The notes under the pieces were generated by a model. It made no database searches. It had not been told where the DNA came from and saw only the letters and a program-made list of their open reading frames with translations. From Candidatus Hadarchaeales archaeon (GTDB lineage: Archaea > Hadarchaeota > Hadarchaeia > Hadarchaeales > WYZ-LMO6), in contig JAWCKR010000010.1 in NCBI GenBank assembly GCA_038851755.1, forward strand, positions 1-43,509: DNA of 43,509 nucleotides, written 5' to 3'. The stretch's first letter is position 1. Every line of letters starts with the position of its first letter. The position numbers were made by a program, and so were the translations under genes. Below, piece after piece: positions 8,430 to 18,746 of the stretch.

Positions 8430-10288
8430 CCTCCCGCCTCACCCCTGCCCAGTATAGCGTTCACCATCCTGGCATAAAGGGGTCTGGTGAGGAGCACGGA
8501 GAGCAGGATGCCGAGGATGGTGATGAGGGCGAAGCCCCTCATCTCCCCGAACCCCAGCGTGGCGAGGGAGAGCATGGCCACGAGCGTGGTGAGGGAGGAT
8601 CCCCAGATCACCCTGAAGGCCCTCCTGACCCTGTCCCTCAGCCCTCCCGGCGCCCTCACTTCCCTCACCCCTCCCCTCACGACCTCATCCGTGATGATGA
8701 TCTGCGCGTCCACCCCCGTCCCTATCACCAGCACCACCCCTGCCAGCTCGGCCAGGTTCAGGCTGTAGGGCAGGAGGGAGACCACGCCCAGCGTGATCAC
8801 CAGCTCCAGGATCATGGTCCCCATCACCGCCAGCGTGACCCTGGGCCTCCTGTACCTGAGGAAGACCAGCCCTCCCACCCCCAGGAAGGAGAAGAGCCCC
8901 GCCCAGAGGAGCTGCTTGAGGAAGGTGGTCCCAAGCCTGGCCTCCAGCACCGTCTCACCCTCCACGGAGACCCCCACGGGGAGGCGCTGGCTGAGGATGG
9001 TCCTGAGGGTCCTCGCCTCCCTCATCGCCTCCTCCCCGGAGGCCCTGCTCACGGTGATCACCAGGTCCTTCACCGTCCTGCCCGTCAGGAGCTCCTGCGC
9101 CAGGGAGGGGCTGATGGTGATCACGCTCTTGCACCCGCAGGCCTCCCTTATCCAGGCCTCCGTTCCTTCCTCCGGCCTCGGCACGTTCTCCACGGAGTAG
9201 GAGGGAGGAAGCCCCTCCACCACCCCCTCCGAGAACTCCCCCACCAGCAGGATCCTGAACTTGGTGGAGCTCATCTCCTCCAGGAAGGAGAGGGCCTCCA
9301 CCGAGAGGACCTCCCGGGAGGTCACGGCGGCCGGCACCTGCAGGTAGTACCCTCCACCCTCCTCCGGGAAGCCCCTCGCCCTGAACATGTGGGAGTAGTC
9401 CTCGTACTCCAGCACGGGCAGCCCGGAGAGGAACTCCTCCTGGACCAGCAGCACGGCATCGGTCGGACGGTCCACGTACACCACCGTGGGGTAGTTGGCC
9501 TTCCCGGCCGCACCCTCCCTGAACCTGTCGGCCCCCTCGTCCGTGAGCCTGAAGGGGAGTTCCGCCGCGTTCCTCTCCTCCAGGCTGGCCCTGGGCGGGT
9601 CCACCCTGAGGATGTGCTCCCCGTAGAGGAGGACCTCGTTCTCCAGCCATATCTCCAGCCTGCCCTGCTTCCCCAGCAGCACCTCCGCCTCCTGGGGCTG
9701 GAGGCCAGGGATCTCGTAAAGCACCAGGTTGCCGCCCAGGGGCTTCAGCACCGCCCCCCTCGTGCCCAGCGGATCCACCCTGTTCTTCAGGATCTCTATC
9801 ACCTCGTTCCTGGTCTGGCTGCACACGGTGTTCTTGACGTTCTCCCTCAGCAGGGTGGCCTTCCCACCCACCAGGTTCTCCACCAGGTTGAGCAGGCCCT
9901 CCGTGGCCCTCAACCCCACCTCCACCCTGGCGATGCCCGTGTAGCGGTCGTAGGGCAGGCCCTCCCTGATGGCCTCCCCCTTCTCATCCACGGGAAGGAC
10001 CCTGGTCTGGAGCCCGTTCTCCAGGATCCCCACCACCTCCTCGTAGGCCCCCGGAAGATCCGAGGGGTTGAACTGGAAGACCAGGTGGGATGCCTGCAGG
10101 GAGAGGAGCACCCTGGAGCCCCCCACGATGTCCACCCCGAAGTCCAGACCCCTGGTGAACTCGCTCACCCAGCCCAGCGTGCCCCTGGTCCTCTCGTTCA
10201 CCTCCCCCCAGGGTCTCCACACGGAGGCCACCGAGAGGAGGGCCACCAGCATCACCAGCAGGAAGTACCTCTCCCTAAAGAGCGACAG
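8426..10288 (-). CDS. secD: Protein translocase subunit SecD
   Basis: GLDFGVDIVGG, ILKNRVDPLG, six-TM layout, IGTGVDAQIIITDE; start placed at CTG 10288 (alternative GTG 10255). Confidence 0.9.
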   Translation of the reverse strand: MSLFRERYFLLVMLVALLSVASVWRPWGEVNERTRGTLGWVSEFTRGLDFGVDIVGGSRVLLSLQASHLVFQFNPSDLPGAYEEVVGILENGLQTRVLPVDEKGEAIREGLPYDRYTGIARVEVGLRATEGLLNLVENLVGGKATLLRENVKNTVCSQTRNEVIEILKNRVDPLGTRGAVLKPLGGNLVLYEIPGLQPQEAEVLLGKQGRLEIWLENEVLLYGEHILRVDPPRASLEERNAAELPFRLTDEGADRFREGAAGKANYPTVVYVDRPTDAVLLVQEEFLSGLPVLEYEDYSHMFRARGFPEEGGGYYLQVPAAVTSREVLSVEALSFLEEMSSTKFRILLVGEFSEGVVEGLPPSYSVENVPRPEEGTEAWIREACGCKSVITISPSLAQELLTGRTVKDLVITVSRASGEEAMREARTLRTILSQRLPVGVSVEGETVLEARLGTTFLKQLLWAGLFSFLGVGGLVFLRYRRPRVTLAVMGTMILELVITLGVVSLLPYSLNLAELAGVVLVIGTGVDAQIIITDEVVRGGVREVRAPGGLRDRVRRAFRVIWGSSLTTLVAMLSLATLGFGEMRGFALITILGILLSVLLTRPLYARMVNAILGRGEAGG

Positions 10289-11153
10289 GGATCTCCCTCC
10301 TTTCCTTCTTGCCCAGCGTCACGGCGGCGTTCAGGAACCAGGTGTTCACCACGTCGAAGACCATGCCCGTCAGCAGGGGAAAGGTCAGCTCGTCCACCAG
10401 CGTCGAGGTGGTGAAGAGGTTCACGCAGAGGAGCACGAGGAAGGTGGTCCCGTTCACCAGCAGGCCCGTCCTCATGGCCTCCGCCGCCCTTTCCCTGGGG
10501 TTCCCTCCCACGCCTTTCTCCACCGCCGTGATCAGGAGCGTGTTGGTGTCGTCGGAGTACCCCAGCAGCATGAGGAGGCCCGCCATCGATCCTATGCTCA
10601 GCTCCACCCCCATCAGGGACATGCAGCCCAGGGCGTCGAAGACGTTCAGCCAAACGGAGCCCAGGATGCTCCCGCTGGCCCTGAAGCTCCTGAAGTTCAG
10701 GAAGATCACCAGGGCCATCAGCACGGGGGCCAACATCAGAGCGTTCCTGGCCTGCCTCCTGGAGAGGCTGGTGAGGATGGAGCCCATGTTGTAGACCGCC
10801 ACCTGGTTCTCGCTCACCCCCAGCTCCTCGGCCAGGGAGGACCTGAGGTTCTCCCTGACCTCCTGTGGGAGGTCCATGTTGTCGGCCTCCATGTCCAGCC
10901 CGTAGAGGCCCCCGTAGGAGGTGAGCCTCACCTCGACCTTCCCGCCCAGCAGCCCCTCCACCGCCGCCTTCACCTCTCCCAGCTGGGGGGAGTTCTCCAT
11001 CCCCCTCACCTGGATGAGGGTGCCGCCGCTGAAGTCCCGGCTGAGGGGGATCCCGCGCGCCAGGATGCAGCAGAGGAAGAAGAGCGACAAGACGAGCGGG
11101 GGGATCAGCATCCTCCGCGTGCTCCAGTGGCGCAGATGATAGGTGGGGTCCAT
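10275..11153 (-). CDS. secF: Protein translocase subunit SecF
   Basis: SRDFSGGTLI, AGLLMLLGYSDD, DVVNTWFLNA; directly upstream of secD. Confidence 0.88.
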   Translation of the reverse strand: MDPTYHLRHWSTRRMLIPPLVLSLFFLCCILARGIPLSRDFSGGTLIQVRGMENSPQLGEVKAAVEGLLGGKVEVRLTSYGGLYGLDMEADNMDLPQEVRENLRSSLAEELGVSENQVAVYNMGSILTSLSRRQARNALMLAPVLMALVIFLNFRSFRASGSILGSVWLNVFDALGCMSLMGVELSIGSMAGLLMLLGYSDDTNTLLITAVEKGVGGNPRERAAEAMRTGLLVNGTTFLVLLCVNLFTTSTLVDELTFPLLTGMVFDVVNTWFLNAAVTLGKKERREIPVAL

Positions 11154-11235
11154 CCTCACGGTCTCTCCGCCTCTTTCCCCCGGGTTTCTTAAAAAGCCTC
11201 CATCGAGATAAATATCCTCCCCCCCATCTAAGCCC

Positions 11236-11994
11236 GTGGGAGTGAAAGAGGGAGAGAGGGTAGTCCTGCTGGACGAGAGGGGGAAGAAGTACCTGGTGAG
11301 AGCGGAGAGGAGGCTGCTCCACACCGATCTGGGCCTGCTCAACCTGGCCGACCTCCTGGAGGTGCCCTTCGGAGGAAGGGTGAGAAGCCACACGGGGAGG
11401 GAGTTCGTGGTGCTGAAGCCCAAACTTACCGACCTCCTGCAGAAGATGCGCCGCCTACCCCAGGTGGTGCTCCCCAAGGATGCCGCGCAGGTGGTGGCCC
11501 ACACGGGGGTGGGACCCGGGGACCTGGTGGTGGACGGGGGAGCGGGATCGGGGGCCCTGGCCCTCTTCCTGGGAAACCTGGTGAGGCCCGACGGGAAGGT
11601 GGTGAGCTACGAGGTGAGGGAGGACTTCGCGGAGGTGGCCAGGGAAAACGTTAGGCTGGCGGGACTGGAGGGAGTGGTGGAGGTGAAGCTGAAGGACCTG
11701 AGGGAGGGAATAGACGAAAGGGAGGTGGACCTGGTGACCCTCGACCTCCCCTCCCCCGAGGAGGTGGTGCCCCACGCGGAGGAGGCCCTGAAGCCAGGGG
11801 GGTATCTGGCCGTGTTCACCCCCTCGGTGGAACAGCTCCAGCGCCTCTACCCGCGGCTGAGGAGGGGGAGGTTCGCGGAGCTGAAAACGCTGGAGTGTCT
11901 GGTCAGGGAGTGGGAGGTCAAGGAGGGATGCACCAGGCCCAGCACCAGGATGCTGGCGCACACCAGCTATCTCACCCTGGCCAGAAGGATCTAG
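11236..11994 (+). CDS. trmI: tRNA (adenine-N1)-methyltransferase
   Basis: RLPQVVLPKD, DGGAGSGAL, SYEVREDF, LDLPSP, RMLAHTSYL. Confidence 0.93.
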   Translation: MGVKEGERVVLLDERGKKYLVRAERRLLHTDLGLLNLADLLEVPFGGRVRSHTGREFVVLKPKLTDLLQKMRRLPQVVLPKDAAQVVAHTGVGPGDLVVDGGAGSGALALFLGNLVRPDGKVVSYEVREDFAEVARENVRLAGLEGVVEVKLKDLREGIDEREVDLVTLDLPSPEEVVPHAEEALKPGGYLAVFTPSVEQLQRLYPRLRRGRFAELKTLECLVREWEVKEGCTRPSTRMLAHTSYLTLARRI

Positions 11995-12410
11995 GACGAA
12001 CCCTTAGCACCGGCCTTCCTCACCAGCCTGGCCTTGAACCCGTAGTGGATGATCCCCTCCTCCCCCTCCTCCTTGATCCTCCTGAAGACCATCTCCACCT
12101 CGTCCCCTATCTTCACCTCCTCCCCGTTGCAGTCCGTCACCTGGGCCATCACCCTCGGCCCCTCCTCCAGCTCGACGATGGCCAGCACGTAGGGTATCTG
12201 GTCCCTGAAGTCCCTGGATCCGGAGTACACGGTGGTGAAGGAGTAAATCTTCCCCCTCCCGCTCAGCCTGAAGGGCTCGAGCTGCCCCACCCTCCGGCAG
12301 TTCGGGCAGATGGCCCTGGGTGGGAAGAAGACCTTGCTGCAGTGGCCGCACCTGGTCCCCACCAGGGTGTACCGGTTGGGTATCTCCCTCCAGAACCTGG
12401 GAACGTACAT
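11991..12410 (-). CDS. DUF35 Zn-ribbon/OB-fold scaffold protein of the thiolase-HMGS complex
   Basis: RCGHC..FFPPRAICPNC, PYVLAIVELEEG, IHYGFK; follows thiolase. Confidence 0.92.
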   Translation of the reverse strand: MYVPRFWREIPNRYTLVGTRCGHCSKVFFPPRAICPNCRRVGQLEPFRLSGRGKIYSFTTVYSGSRDFRDQIPYVLAIVELEEGPRVMAQVTDCNGEEVKIGDEVEMVFRRIKEEGEEGIIHYGFKARLVRKAGAKGSS

Positions 12411-12411
12411 C

Positions 12412-13572
12412 CTACCTCCTCCTGAAGAGGTGCACCACGGCCGTACCCCCGCTTCCCCCCACGTTGTGGGTCAGCCCCACCTCCGCCTTCTTCACCTGTC
12501 TCTTCCCGGCCTCACCCCTGAGCTGAAGGACGATCTCCAGGGCCTGGGCTATGCCCGTGGCCCCTATCGGGTGGCCCCTACCCTCCAGCCCCCCGCTGGG
12601 GTTCACGGGCAGGGGACCGTCTATGGCCGTCACACCCTCCTCCGTGATCTTTCCCCCCTCACCCTTCGCGCAGAAGCCCAGGTCCTCCACCGCCATGATC
12701 TCGGAGATGGTGGTGCTGTCGTGGACCTCCGCCAGATCCACCTGCTTGGGCTCCACCCTCGCCATGCGGTAGGCCCTGCGGGCGGCCTCGCGGGTGGCCC
12801 TCAGCCCCACCAGCGACTCCCTGTCCGCAAGGGCGATGGTGTCGCTGGCCTGTCCGCTCCCCGCTATCTCCACCGGGGTATCGGTGTACTTCCTGGCCTC
12901 CTCCAGGGGCGCCAGCACCAGGCAGGCCGCCCCGTCCGTGATGGAGGCGCACTCCAGCATCTTCAGGGGGGAGGACACGAGCGGGGACTGCAGGACCTTC
13001 TCCACCGTGAGCTCCACGTGGTGCTGGGCGTAGGCGTTCAGGCAGGCGTTGTGGTGGTTCTTCACCGCCACCAGCGCCATCTGCTCCTCCGTGGTCCCGA
13101 ACTCGTGCATGTGCCTCCTGGCCATCAGGGCGAAGAGGGAGGGGAAGGTGGCCCCCGCAAACGCCTCCCACTCCTGGTCGGAGACCGTGGCCAGGGCCTC
13201 CTGTCCGGCCTCGGTGATCACGTCCGTCATCTTCTCTATTCCTGCCGCCACCACCACATCGTGTATGCCCGAGGCCACCGCCACCATGGCCTCCCTGAGG
13301 GCCAGCCCTCCCGAGGCACAGGCCGCCTCCACCCTGGTGCAGGGGACGGGGGCCAGGCCGGAGTGGTCGGCTATGAGGGAGGCGATGTGCTCCTGCTGGA
13401 TGAACTGCCCTGAAGACATGTTCCCCACGTACATGGCATCTATTTCTTCCCCCGAGATTCCGGCATCCTCGAGCGCCCTGGTACCGGCCTCTATGATCAT
13501 CTGCCTGAAGGAAGCGTCCCAGAGCTCACTGAACCTTGTCTGTCCCACCCCCACCACGGCTACTCTCCTCAT
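12412..13572 (-). CDS. Acetoacetyl-CoA thiolase (archaeal/SCP2 type)
   Basis: [33 protein letters not shown]. Confidence 0.93.
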   Translation of the reverse strand: MRRVAVVGVGQTRFSELWDASFRQMIIEAGTRALEDAGISGEEIDAMYVGNMSSGQFIQQEHIASLIADHSGLAPVPCTRVEAACASGGLALREAMVAVASGIHDVVVAAGIEKMTDVITEAGQEALATVSDQEWEAFAGATFPSLFALMARRHMHEFGTTEEQMALVAVKNHHNACLNAYAQHHVELTVEKVLQSPLVSSPLKMLECASITDGAACLVLAPLEEARKYTDTPVEIAGSGQASDTIALADRESLVGLRATREAARRAYRMARVEPKQVDLAEVHDSTTISEIMAVEDLGFCAKGEGGKITEEGVTAIDGPLPVNPSGGLEGRGHPIGATGIAQALEIVLQLRGEAGKRQVKKAEVGLTHNVGGSGGTAVVHLFRRR

Positions 13573-14619
13573 TCACCTCACCAGCTTCTTCGTGAACTTA
13601 CAGTAGGTGGCGTAGTCTATGTACACCTTCTCCTCCAGGTAGTCTGAGACCCTCGGCGCCAGGTCCCTTTTCTTCTCTATTCCCTCCTTCACGATCAGGC
13701 TGAAGGCGTCGCTCCCCGCTCCCGAACCGTAGGAGACTGCCAGGATCCTCTCCCCCTCCTTCGCCTCATCCAGGATGGAGGCGAGACCCAGCATGGTGGC
13801 CCCCGAGTAGGTGTTCCCTATTTTGGGGGAGAGGAGGCCCGCCCGTATCTGTTTCATGGAGAACCCCAGCTCCCTGGCCGCCTCCACCGGGAACCTCCCG
13901 TTGGGCTGGTGGAAAACCGCGTGATCGAAGTCCCTGGGGGTGAGGCCCAGCTTCCTCAGCAAGCCCTGGGCCGCGGAGAGGGTGTGCTTGAAGTAGCCCG
14001 GCCTCCCCGTGAACCTGCCCCCGTGCCTGGGGTAAGGCCTCATCTCCCTCCTCCAGAAATCCGGCGTGTCCGTGGTGTAGGAGTAGGTGGCCTCGATGGA
14101 AGCCACGGCCTCCCTGTCCAGCTTGCCTATCAGGAAGGCCGCCCCCCCCGCCGCAGCGGCGTACTCCAGCGGGTCGCCTGGACTGCTCTGGGCGGTGTCC
14201 GCCCCTATCGCCATGCCGTACTTTATCATCCCGGCCTCCACCATGCCCATGCAGGTCTGGATCCCCGCCGTTCCGGCCTTGCAGGCGAACTCGAAGTCCG
14301 CGGCCGTCATCTCCGGGGTGGCCCCCACCGCCTCAGCCACGATGGTGGCCGTGGGCTTCACGGCGTAGGGATGGGACTCCGAGCCCACGTAGATGGCCCC
14401 CACCAGGGAGGGATCCACTCCCCCTCTCCTGAGCGCGTTCCTGGCCGCCTCCACGGAGATGGTCACCGTGTCCTCGTCCGGCCCCGCCACGGCCTTCTCC
14501 TCGACCCCGAAGCTCCTCCTCGTCTGCTTGGGATCGGCGCCCCACATCCTCGCGATCTCCTCCACCCTGAGCCTGTACCTGGGGATGTAGGCCCCGTATC
14601 CCACTATTCCTACCTCCAT
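13573..14619 (-). CDS. Hydroxymethylglutaryl-CoA synthase (archaeal)
   Basis: [51 protein letters not shown]; real start is ATG 14619. Confidence 0.95.
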   Translation of the reverse strand: MEVGIVGYGAYIPRYRLRVEEIARMWGADPKQTRRSFGVEEKAVAGPDEDTVTISVEAARNALRRGGVDPSLVGAIYVGSESHPYAVKPTATIVAEAVGATPEMTAADFEFACKAGTAGIQTCMGMVEAGMIKYGMAIGADTAQSSPGDPLEYAAAAGGAAFLIGKLDREAVASIEATYSYTTDTPDFWRREMRPYPRHGGRFTGRPGYFKHTLSAAQGLLRKLGLTPRDFDHAVFHQPNGRFPVEAARELGFSMKQIRAGLLSPKIGNTYSGATMLGLASILDEAKEGERILAVSYGSGAGSDAFSLIVKEGIEKKRDLAPRVSDYLEEKVYIDYATYCKFTKKLVR

Positions 14620-14693
14620 CGGCCTCAACTTCCCAACTCCCCCCTCCCAATTAAAGCTATCTGAGGTCCTGGTGAGCGCGGGGGCCTGGACCT

Positions 14694-15410
14694 TCATCCC
14701 AGCTCGTTCAACCTGAGGAGGAGCTCCTCCACGGAGGGAAGCTCGGAGCGCACGAGAGGGACCTTCAGCTCCTGCGCGAGCTTCACCCCCAGCGGGTCCA
14801 CCCTCCTGAGGGTTCCGTGCAGCACCACCATCCCCGGCGTGATGCCTATCACCTTTATGGCCACCATCGGGGTCCTGCCCGTGGTCACACCCGTGAAGAC
14901 CAGCGCCCTCTCGGAGGTGAGCCCGTAGAGCTGTCTGAACTCCTCCGCCGAGAGCTTCAGCGCGGCCTTGTAGCTGTCCACGACGGTGAAGCCGAAGAGG
15001 CTCCTGGAGAGCAGCTGGGGATTGGCCACCGCCCTGCCCCTCACCGCCCTGCTCACAATCCTCCCGTCCACGGGTTTCCTGAACTCCTTGAGCCCCAGGA
15101 TGACATCGGAAGGCAGGTGCACGTTGAGGACCCTGCGCAGGGCCGAGAGGGTCTTGCCCCCCCTCTCCTCGTCCAGTCTGAGGAAGGCCTCCACGATCTT
15201 CTTCACCGTGGAAACCCCTGGGGACTTCCTCCTGCCGCTCTCGTAGTCGCTTATCTGGGAGGGGGAGATGCCCAGGGCCTCCGCCAGGGTCTTCTGGCTC
15301 AGGTTGAAGACCTCCCTCCACTTCTTCAGTGCCTCGTCGGGCCTCTCGGAGAGGGTGATGTCCCCGGCTATCTGTCTGGCTATTCTCTCCCTCAGCTGGT
15401 CCGCCGCCAT
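14694..15410 (-). CDS. XRE-type HTH transcriptional regulator of the family found upstream of archaeal HMGS
   Basis: [43 protein letters not shown]. Confidence 0.88.
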   Translation of the reverse strand: MAADQLRERIARQIAGDITLSERPDEALKKWREVFNLSQKTLAEALGISPSQISDYESGRRKSPGVSTVKKIVEAFLRLDEERGGKTLSALRRVLNVHLPSDVILGLKEFRKPVDGRIVSRAVRGRAVANPQLLSRSLFGFTVVDSYKAALKLSAEEFRQLYGLTSERALVFTGVTTGRTPMVAIKVIGITPGMVVLHGTLRRVDPLGVKLAQELKVPLVRSELPSVEELLLRLNELG

Positions 15411-15500
15411 CCCTTAATCCCGGACCGCCGGGGAATTAACCCTATCGGGCATGAAAGCAAAGCTTTAAGGGTCGAAGAAATACCTACTTCAGCGGTGCAC

Positions 15501-16712
15501 TTGACACGAGAAGTGATCGTGGAGGAGCTCAACCAGACCCCGGTGGAGAAGCAGGGGCTGGAGATAGTGGAGAGGAAGGGACTGGGGCATCCCGACACCA
15601 TCTGCGACCTCATCTTCGACCGGGTGGCGGTGGCGCTCGACAGGGAGTACAGGAAGAGGGTGGGGGAGACCCTGCACTTCAACGTGGACAAGTCCCTGCT
15701 GGTAGCCGGCGAGGTGGAGACGAAGTTCGGCGGCGGGGAGGTGAAGAGACCCATGCTCCTGGTCTTCGGGGACAGGGCCACCTCGAAGGTGGACGAGGTG
15801 GAGATCCCCGTGGGAGAAATTGCGGTGAGGACCGCCAAGGAGTGGTTCTCCCAGAACCTCCGGTTCGTCTCCCCGGAAAGGCACGTGAAGTATCAGGTGG
15901 AGATCAGGCCGGGGTCCGCCTCCCTCACCGACCTCTTCAAAAGGGAGAGCAAGGTGATGGGGGCGAACGACACCTCCGCCGCCGTGGGCTATGCCCCCCT
16001 CTCCAGGCTGGAGAGGCTGGTGCTGGAGGTGGAGGGATACGCCAACTCCCCTTCCTTCAAGAAGAGCTTCCCGGAATCGGGGGAGGACGTGAAGGTGATG
16101 GGGATAAGGAGGAAGGAAGAGGTGCACCTCACCATCGGGATGGCCTTCGTGGACAGGTTCGTCAGGGACGAGGGCGACTACTTCAGGAGGAAGGCCGAAA
16201 TCCTGGAGGAGCTGGAGCGCTTCGTGAGGGAGAAGTTCGACTTCAAGGGGGTGAAGGTGGACCTGAACACCCTGGACACCAGGGGAAGAGGGGAGGGAGG
16301 GGTCTACCTCACCGTGCTGGGGACGAGCGCCGACGGGGCCGACTCGGGACAGGTGGGTAGGGGGAACCGCTCCAACGGGGTGATACCCCTCACCAGACCC
16401 ATGGGCTCGGAGGCGGCGGCTGGGAAGAACCCCGTCAGCCACGTGGGCAAGATCTACAACCTCCTCACCCACGCGATTGCCAAGAAGATCCATGAAGAGG
16501 TGCCCGGCCTGTCGGAGGTCTACGTCTGGCTGGTGAGCCAGATAGGAAGGCCCATAGATCAGCCGTCGGTGGCGCTGGCCAGGGTGCTGCCGGAGAGGGG
16601 GACCACGACGGAGGAAGTGAAGGGGGAAATCGCGGAGAGGATGGAGTGGGCGCTCGAGCACATCTCGGACTTCTGCCGGGCGCTGGCTGAGGGAAAAATG
16701 GGGATCTGCTGA
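15501..16712 (+). CDS. mat: S-adenosylmethionine synthetase (archaeal type)
   Basis: EIVERKGLGHPD, ANDTS, GEDVKVMG, DSGQVGRGNR, EAAAGKNPVSHVGKIYN; TTG start at 15501. Confidence 0.96.
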   Translation: MTREVIVEELNQTPVEKQGLEIVERKGLGHPDTICDLIFDRVAVALDREYRKRVGETLHFNVDKSLLVAGEVETKFGGGEVKRPMLLVFGDRATSKVDEVEIPVGEIAVRTAKEWFSQNLRFVSPERHVKYQVEIRPGSASLTDLFKRESKVMGANDTSAAVGYAPLSRLERLVLEVEGYANSPSFKKSFPESGEDVKVMGIRRKEEVHLTIGMAFVDRFVRDEGDYFRRKAEILEELERFVREKFDFKGVKVDLNTLDTRGRGEGGVYLTVLGTSADGADSGQVGRGNRSNGVIPLTRPMGSEAAAGKNPVSHVGKIYNLLTHAIAKKIHEEVPGLSEVYVWLVSQIGRPIDQPSVALARVLPERGTTTEEVKGEIAERMEWALEHISDFCRALAEGKMGIC

Positions 16713-16720
16713 GTCCCCCG

Positions 16721-18214
16721 ATGTCCGCGGAAACCTTCACCATTACCCATCGTGAGGGCCTGGGGAGGCTGGGCAGGCTCAGGACCAGGCACGGAACGGT
16801 GCAGACCCCCACCCTCCTGCCCGTCCTGAACCCTTCCGACCTGGTGCTCACCCCGGAGGAGATCAGGAAGGAGTTCGGGGAACCCATGGTGATGACCAAC
16901 GCCTACCTCCTGAAGAAGAACTTCGGGAGGGGGAGGAAGGTCCATGAGGTACTGGGGTACGAAGGGCCGGTGGCCACGGATTCGGGCGGCTACCAGATCC
17001 TGAGGTACGGGGAAATAGAGGCCGATCCCGAGGAGATCGTGAGGTACCAGGAGGAGATAGGCTCCGACCTCGCCGTCATCCTGGACGTGCCCACGGGCGC
17101 CAGGGCCACCAGGGAGCAGGCGGAGGAGACGGTGAGGGTGACCGTGGAGAGGGCCAGGAGGGCCGTGGAGGCGAGGTCAGAGCCCGGAACCCTCTGGTGC
17201 GCCCCCGTGCAGGGGGGCAGGTACCTCGACCTCGTGGCGGAGTGCGCCAGGAGCGTGGGCTCCCTGGACTACCAGGTGCACGCCGTGGGCAGCCCCGTGG
17301 AACTGCTGGAGGGCTACGAGTACGAGGAACTGGTCGACCTGGTGATGACGGCCAAGCAGCACCTCCCCCCCGACCGCCCCGTCCACCTCTTCGGGGCCGG
17401 GCACCCCTCCGTGCTCCCCCTGGCGGTGCTCATGGGATGCGACACCTTCGACTCCGCCTCCTACATCCTCTACGCGAGGGACGGGAGGTACCTGACCAGG
17501 GAGAGGACGCTCAGGCTGGAGGAGCTCTCCTTCCTCCCCTGCGAGTGCCCGGTGTGCTCCTCCCTGACCCCCGAGGACCTCAGGAAGAAGCCCGAGGGGG
17601 AGAGGGTGAAGGCCATCGCCAGGCACAACCTGCACGTCCTCTTCGGGGAGATACGGAGGATCAGGCAGGCTCTCGCGGACGGGAGGCTCTGGGAGTACGC
17701 GGAGCTGAGGTGCAGGTCCCACCCGAGGCTCCTCGGGGGCTTCAGGAGGTTCCTGGACTACGCGGAGTTCGTGGAGAGGTTCGACCCCGTCACCAAGCCC
17801 TCGGCCTTCTCCTACCTCGGCCCGGAGAGCTTCAGGAGGCCCGAGGTCCTCAGGCACGAGAGGAGGATGGAGGAGTACGAGCCTCCCCCCCTCCCCGAGC
17901 TCCTCCTCCTCCCCTGCTTCGAGAGGGAGGAGGTCAGGAGGGGCGGGGAGGTGCACCTGGTGAGGATCGTGCCTCCCTTCGGGGTGGTGCCGGAGGAGCT
18001 GGAGGACCTCTACCCGCTGGGACAGGTGGTGGCCCCGAGGAAGCTGGGGAAGGAGGAGGTGGAGAGGATGTGCCTCTCCCTCTCCCGCTACCTCGAGAGG
18101 CACGGGAAGAAGTACAGGAGGATCGTGCTCCTCCACGACCGGAGGAGATGGGGGAACTCCCTGAAGGAGGTCTGCCTCCGCTCGGGGCTGGGAGTGGAGG
18201 TGGTGGAGGTCTGA
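16721..18214 (+). CDS. tgtA: tRNA-guanine(15) transglycosylase (archaeosine TGT), with no PUA domain
   Basis: TPTLLPV, TDSGGYQ, HLFGAGHP, DTFDSASY, CECPVC/H zinc site, GRLWEYAELRCRSHP. Confidence 0.93.
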   Translation: MSAETFTITHREGLGRLGRLRTRHGTVQTPTLLPVLNPSDLVLTPEEIRKEFGEPMVMTNAYLLKKNFGRGRKVHEVLGYEGPVATDSGGYQILRYGEIEADPEEIVRYQEEIGSDLAVILDVPTGARATREQAEETVRVTVERARRAVEARSEPGTLWCAPVQGGRYLDLVAECARSVGSLDYQVHAVGSPVELLEGYEYEELVDLVMTAKQHLPPDRPVHLFGAGHPSVLPLAVLMGCDTFDSASYILYARDGRYLTRERTLRLEELSFLPCECPVCSSLTPEDLRKKPEGERVKAIARHNLHVLFGEIRRIRQALADGRLWEYAELRCRSHPRLLGGFRRFLDYAEFVERFDPVTKPSAFSYLGPESFRRPEVLRHERRMEEYEPPPLPELLLLPCFEREEVRRGGEVHLVRIVPPFGVVPEELEDLYPLGQVVAPRKLGKEEVERMCLSLSRYLERHGKKYRRIVLLHDRRRWGNSLKEVCLRSGLGVEVVEV

Positions 18215-18305
18215 TTCCCCCCATCCCCTGAAATATTCCACACCTTGGGATAAACGCGGAAGAAAAAACAAGGGATAAATAAAACTCCTCCAACGGAAAA
18301 ACTGC

Positions 18306-18746
18306 ATGGGGGGGTTGGACTCCATTGACCTGAAGCTGCTGAGGCTCCTCAACGAAAACTCGAAGAGGACCCTGAAGGAGCTGGGGAGGGAGGTGGGCCT
18401 CAGCGTTTCCGCCGTGAGGAAGAGACTGGGGAAGCTGGAGAGGTCGAGGGTGATAAAGGGGTACACGGTGGAGGTGGACCACAGGAAGCTGGGCCTGGGC
18501 CTCACCGCCTTCCTGAGGCTGGAGGTGGACCCCAAGGACCTGCGGAGCGTCACCCAGCGCCTCTCCCACTGCAGGGAGGTCTGCGAGGTGCACAGGATCA
18601 CGGGGAACCACAACCTGCTGGTGAAGGTGAGGGCGAAGGACGTCGCCTCCCTCAACAAGTTCCTCGAGGACCTCACGGACTCCTCAGGCCTGGTGAGGGA
18701 GATAGAGACCCTCGTGGCCATAGAGAGCTTCAAGGAAGCCCACTAG
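18306..18746 (+). CDS. Lrp/AsnC family transcriptional regulator
   Basis: LDSIDLKLL..HTH..VIKGYTVEVD..EVHRITG. Confidence 0.92.
   Translation: MGGLDSIDLKLLRLLNENSKRTLKELGREVGLSVSAVRKRLGKLERSRVIKGYTVEVDHRKLGLGLTAFLRLEVDPKDLRSVTQRLSHCREVCEVHRITGNHNLLVKVRAKDVASLNKFLEDLTDSSGLVREIETLVAIESFKEAH

Noticed and set aside
13573-15321. Apparent long N-terminal extensions or fusions in the ORF track (HMGS 582 aa, MAT 631 aa, aRF1 644 aa, USP 639 aa, PckG 800 aa, transglutaminase 691 aa, HDAC 544 aa, Dph6 410 aa)
   Set aside because: The extensions overlap other real genes; family motifs begin at the internal starts I report
11991-15410. HTH-HMGS-thiolase-DUF35 cluster as a novel system
   Set aside because: This is the known, conserved archaeal mevalonate-entry cluster
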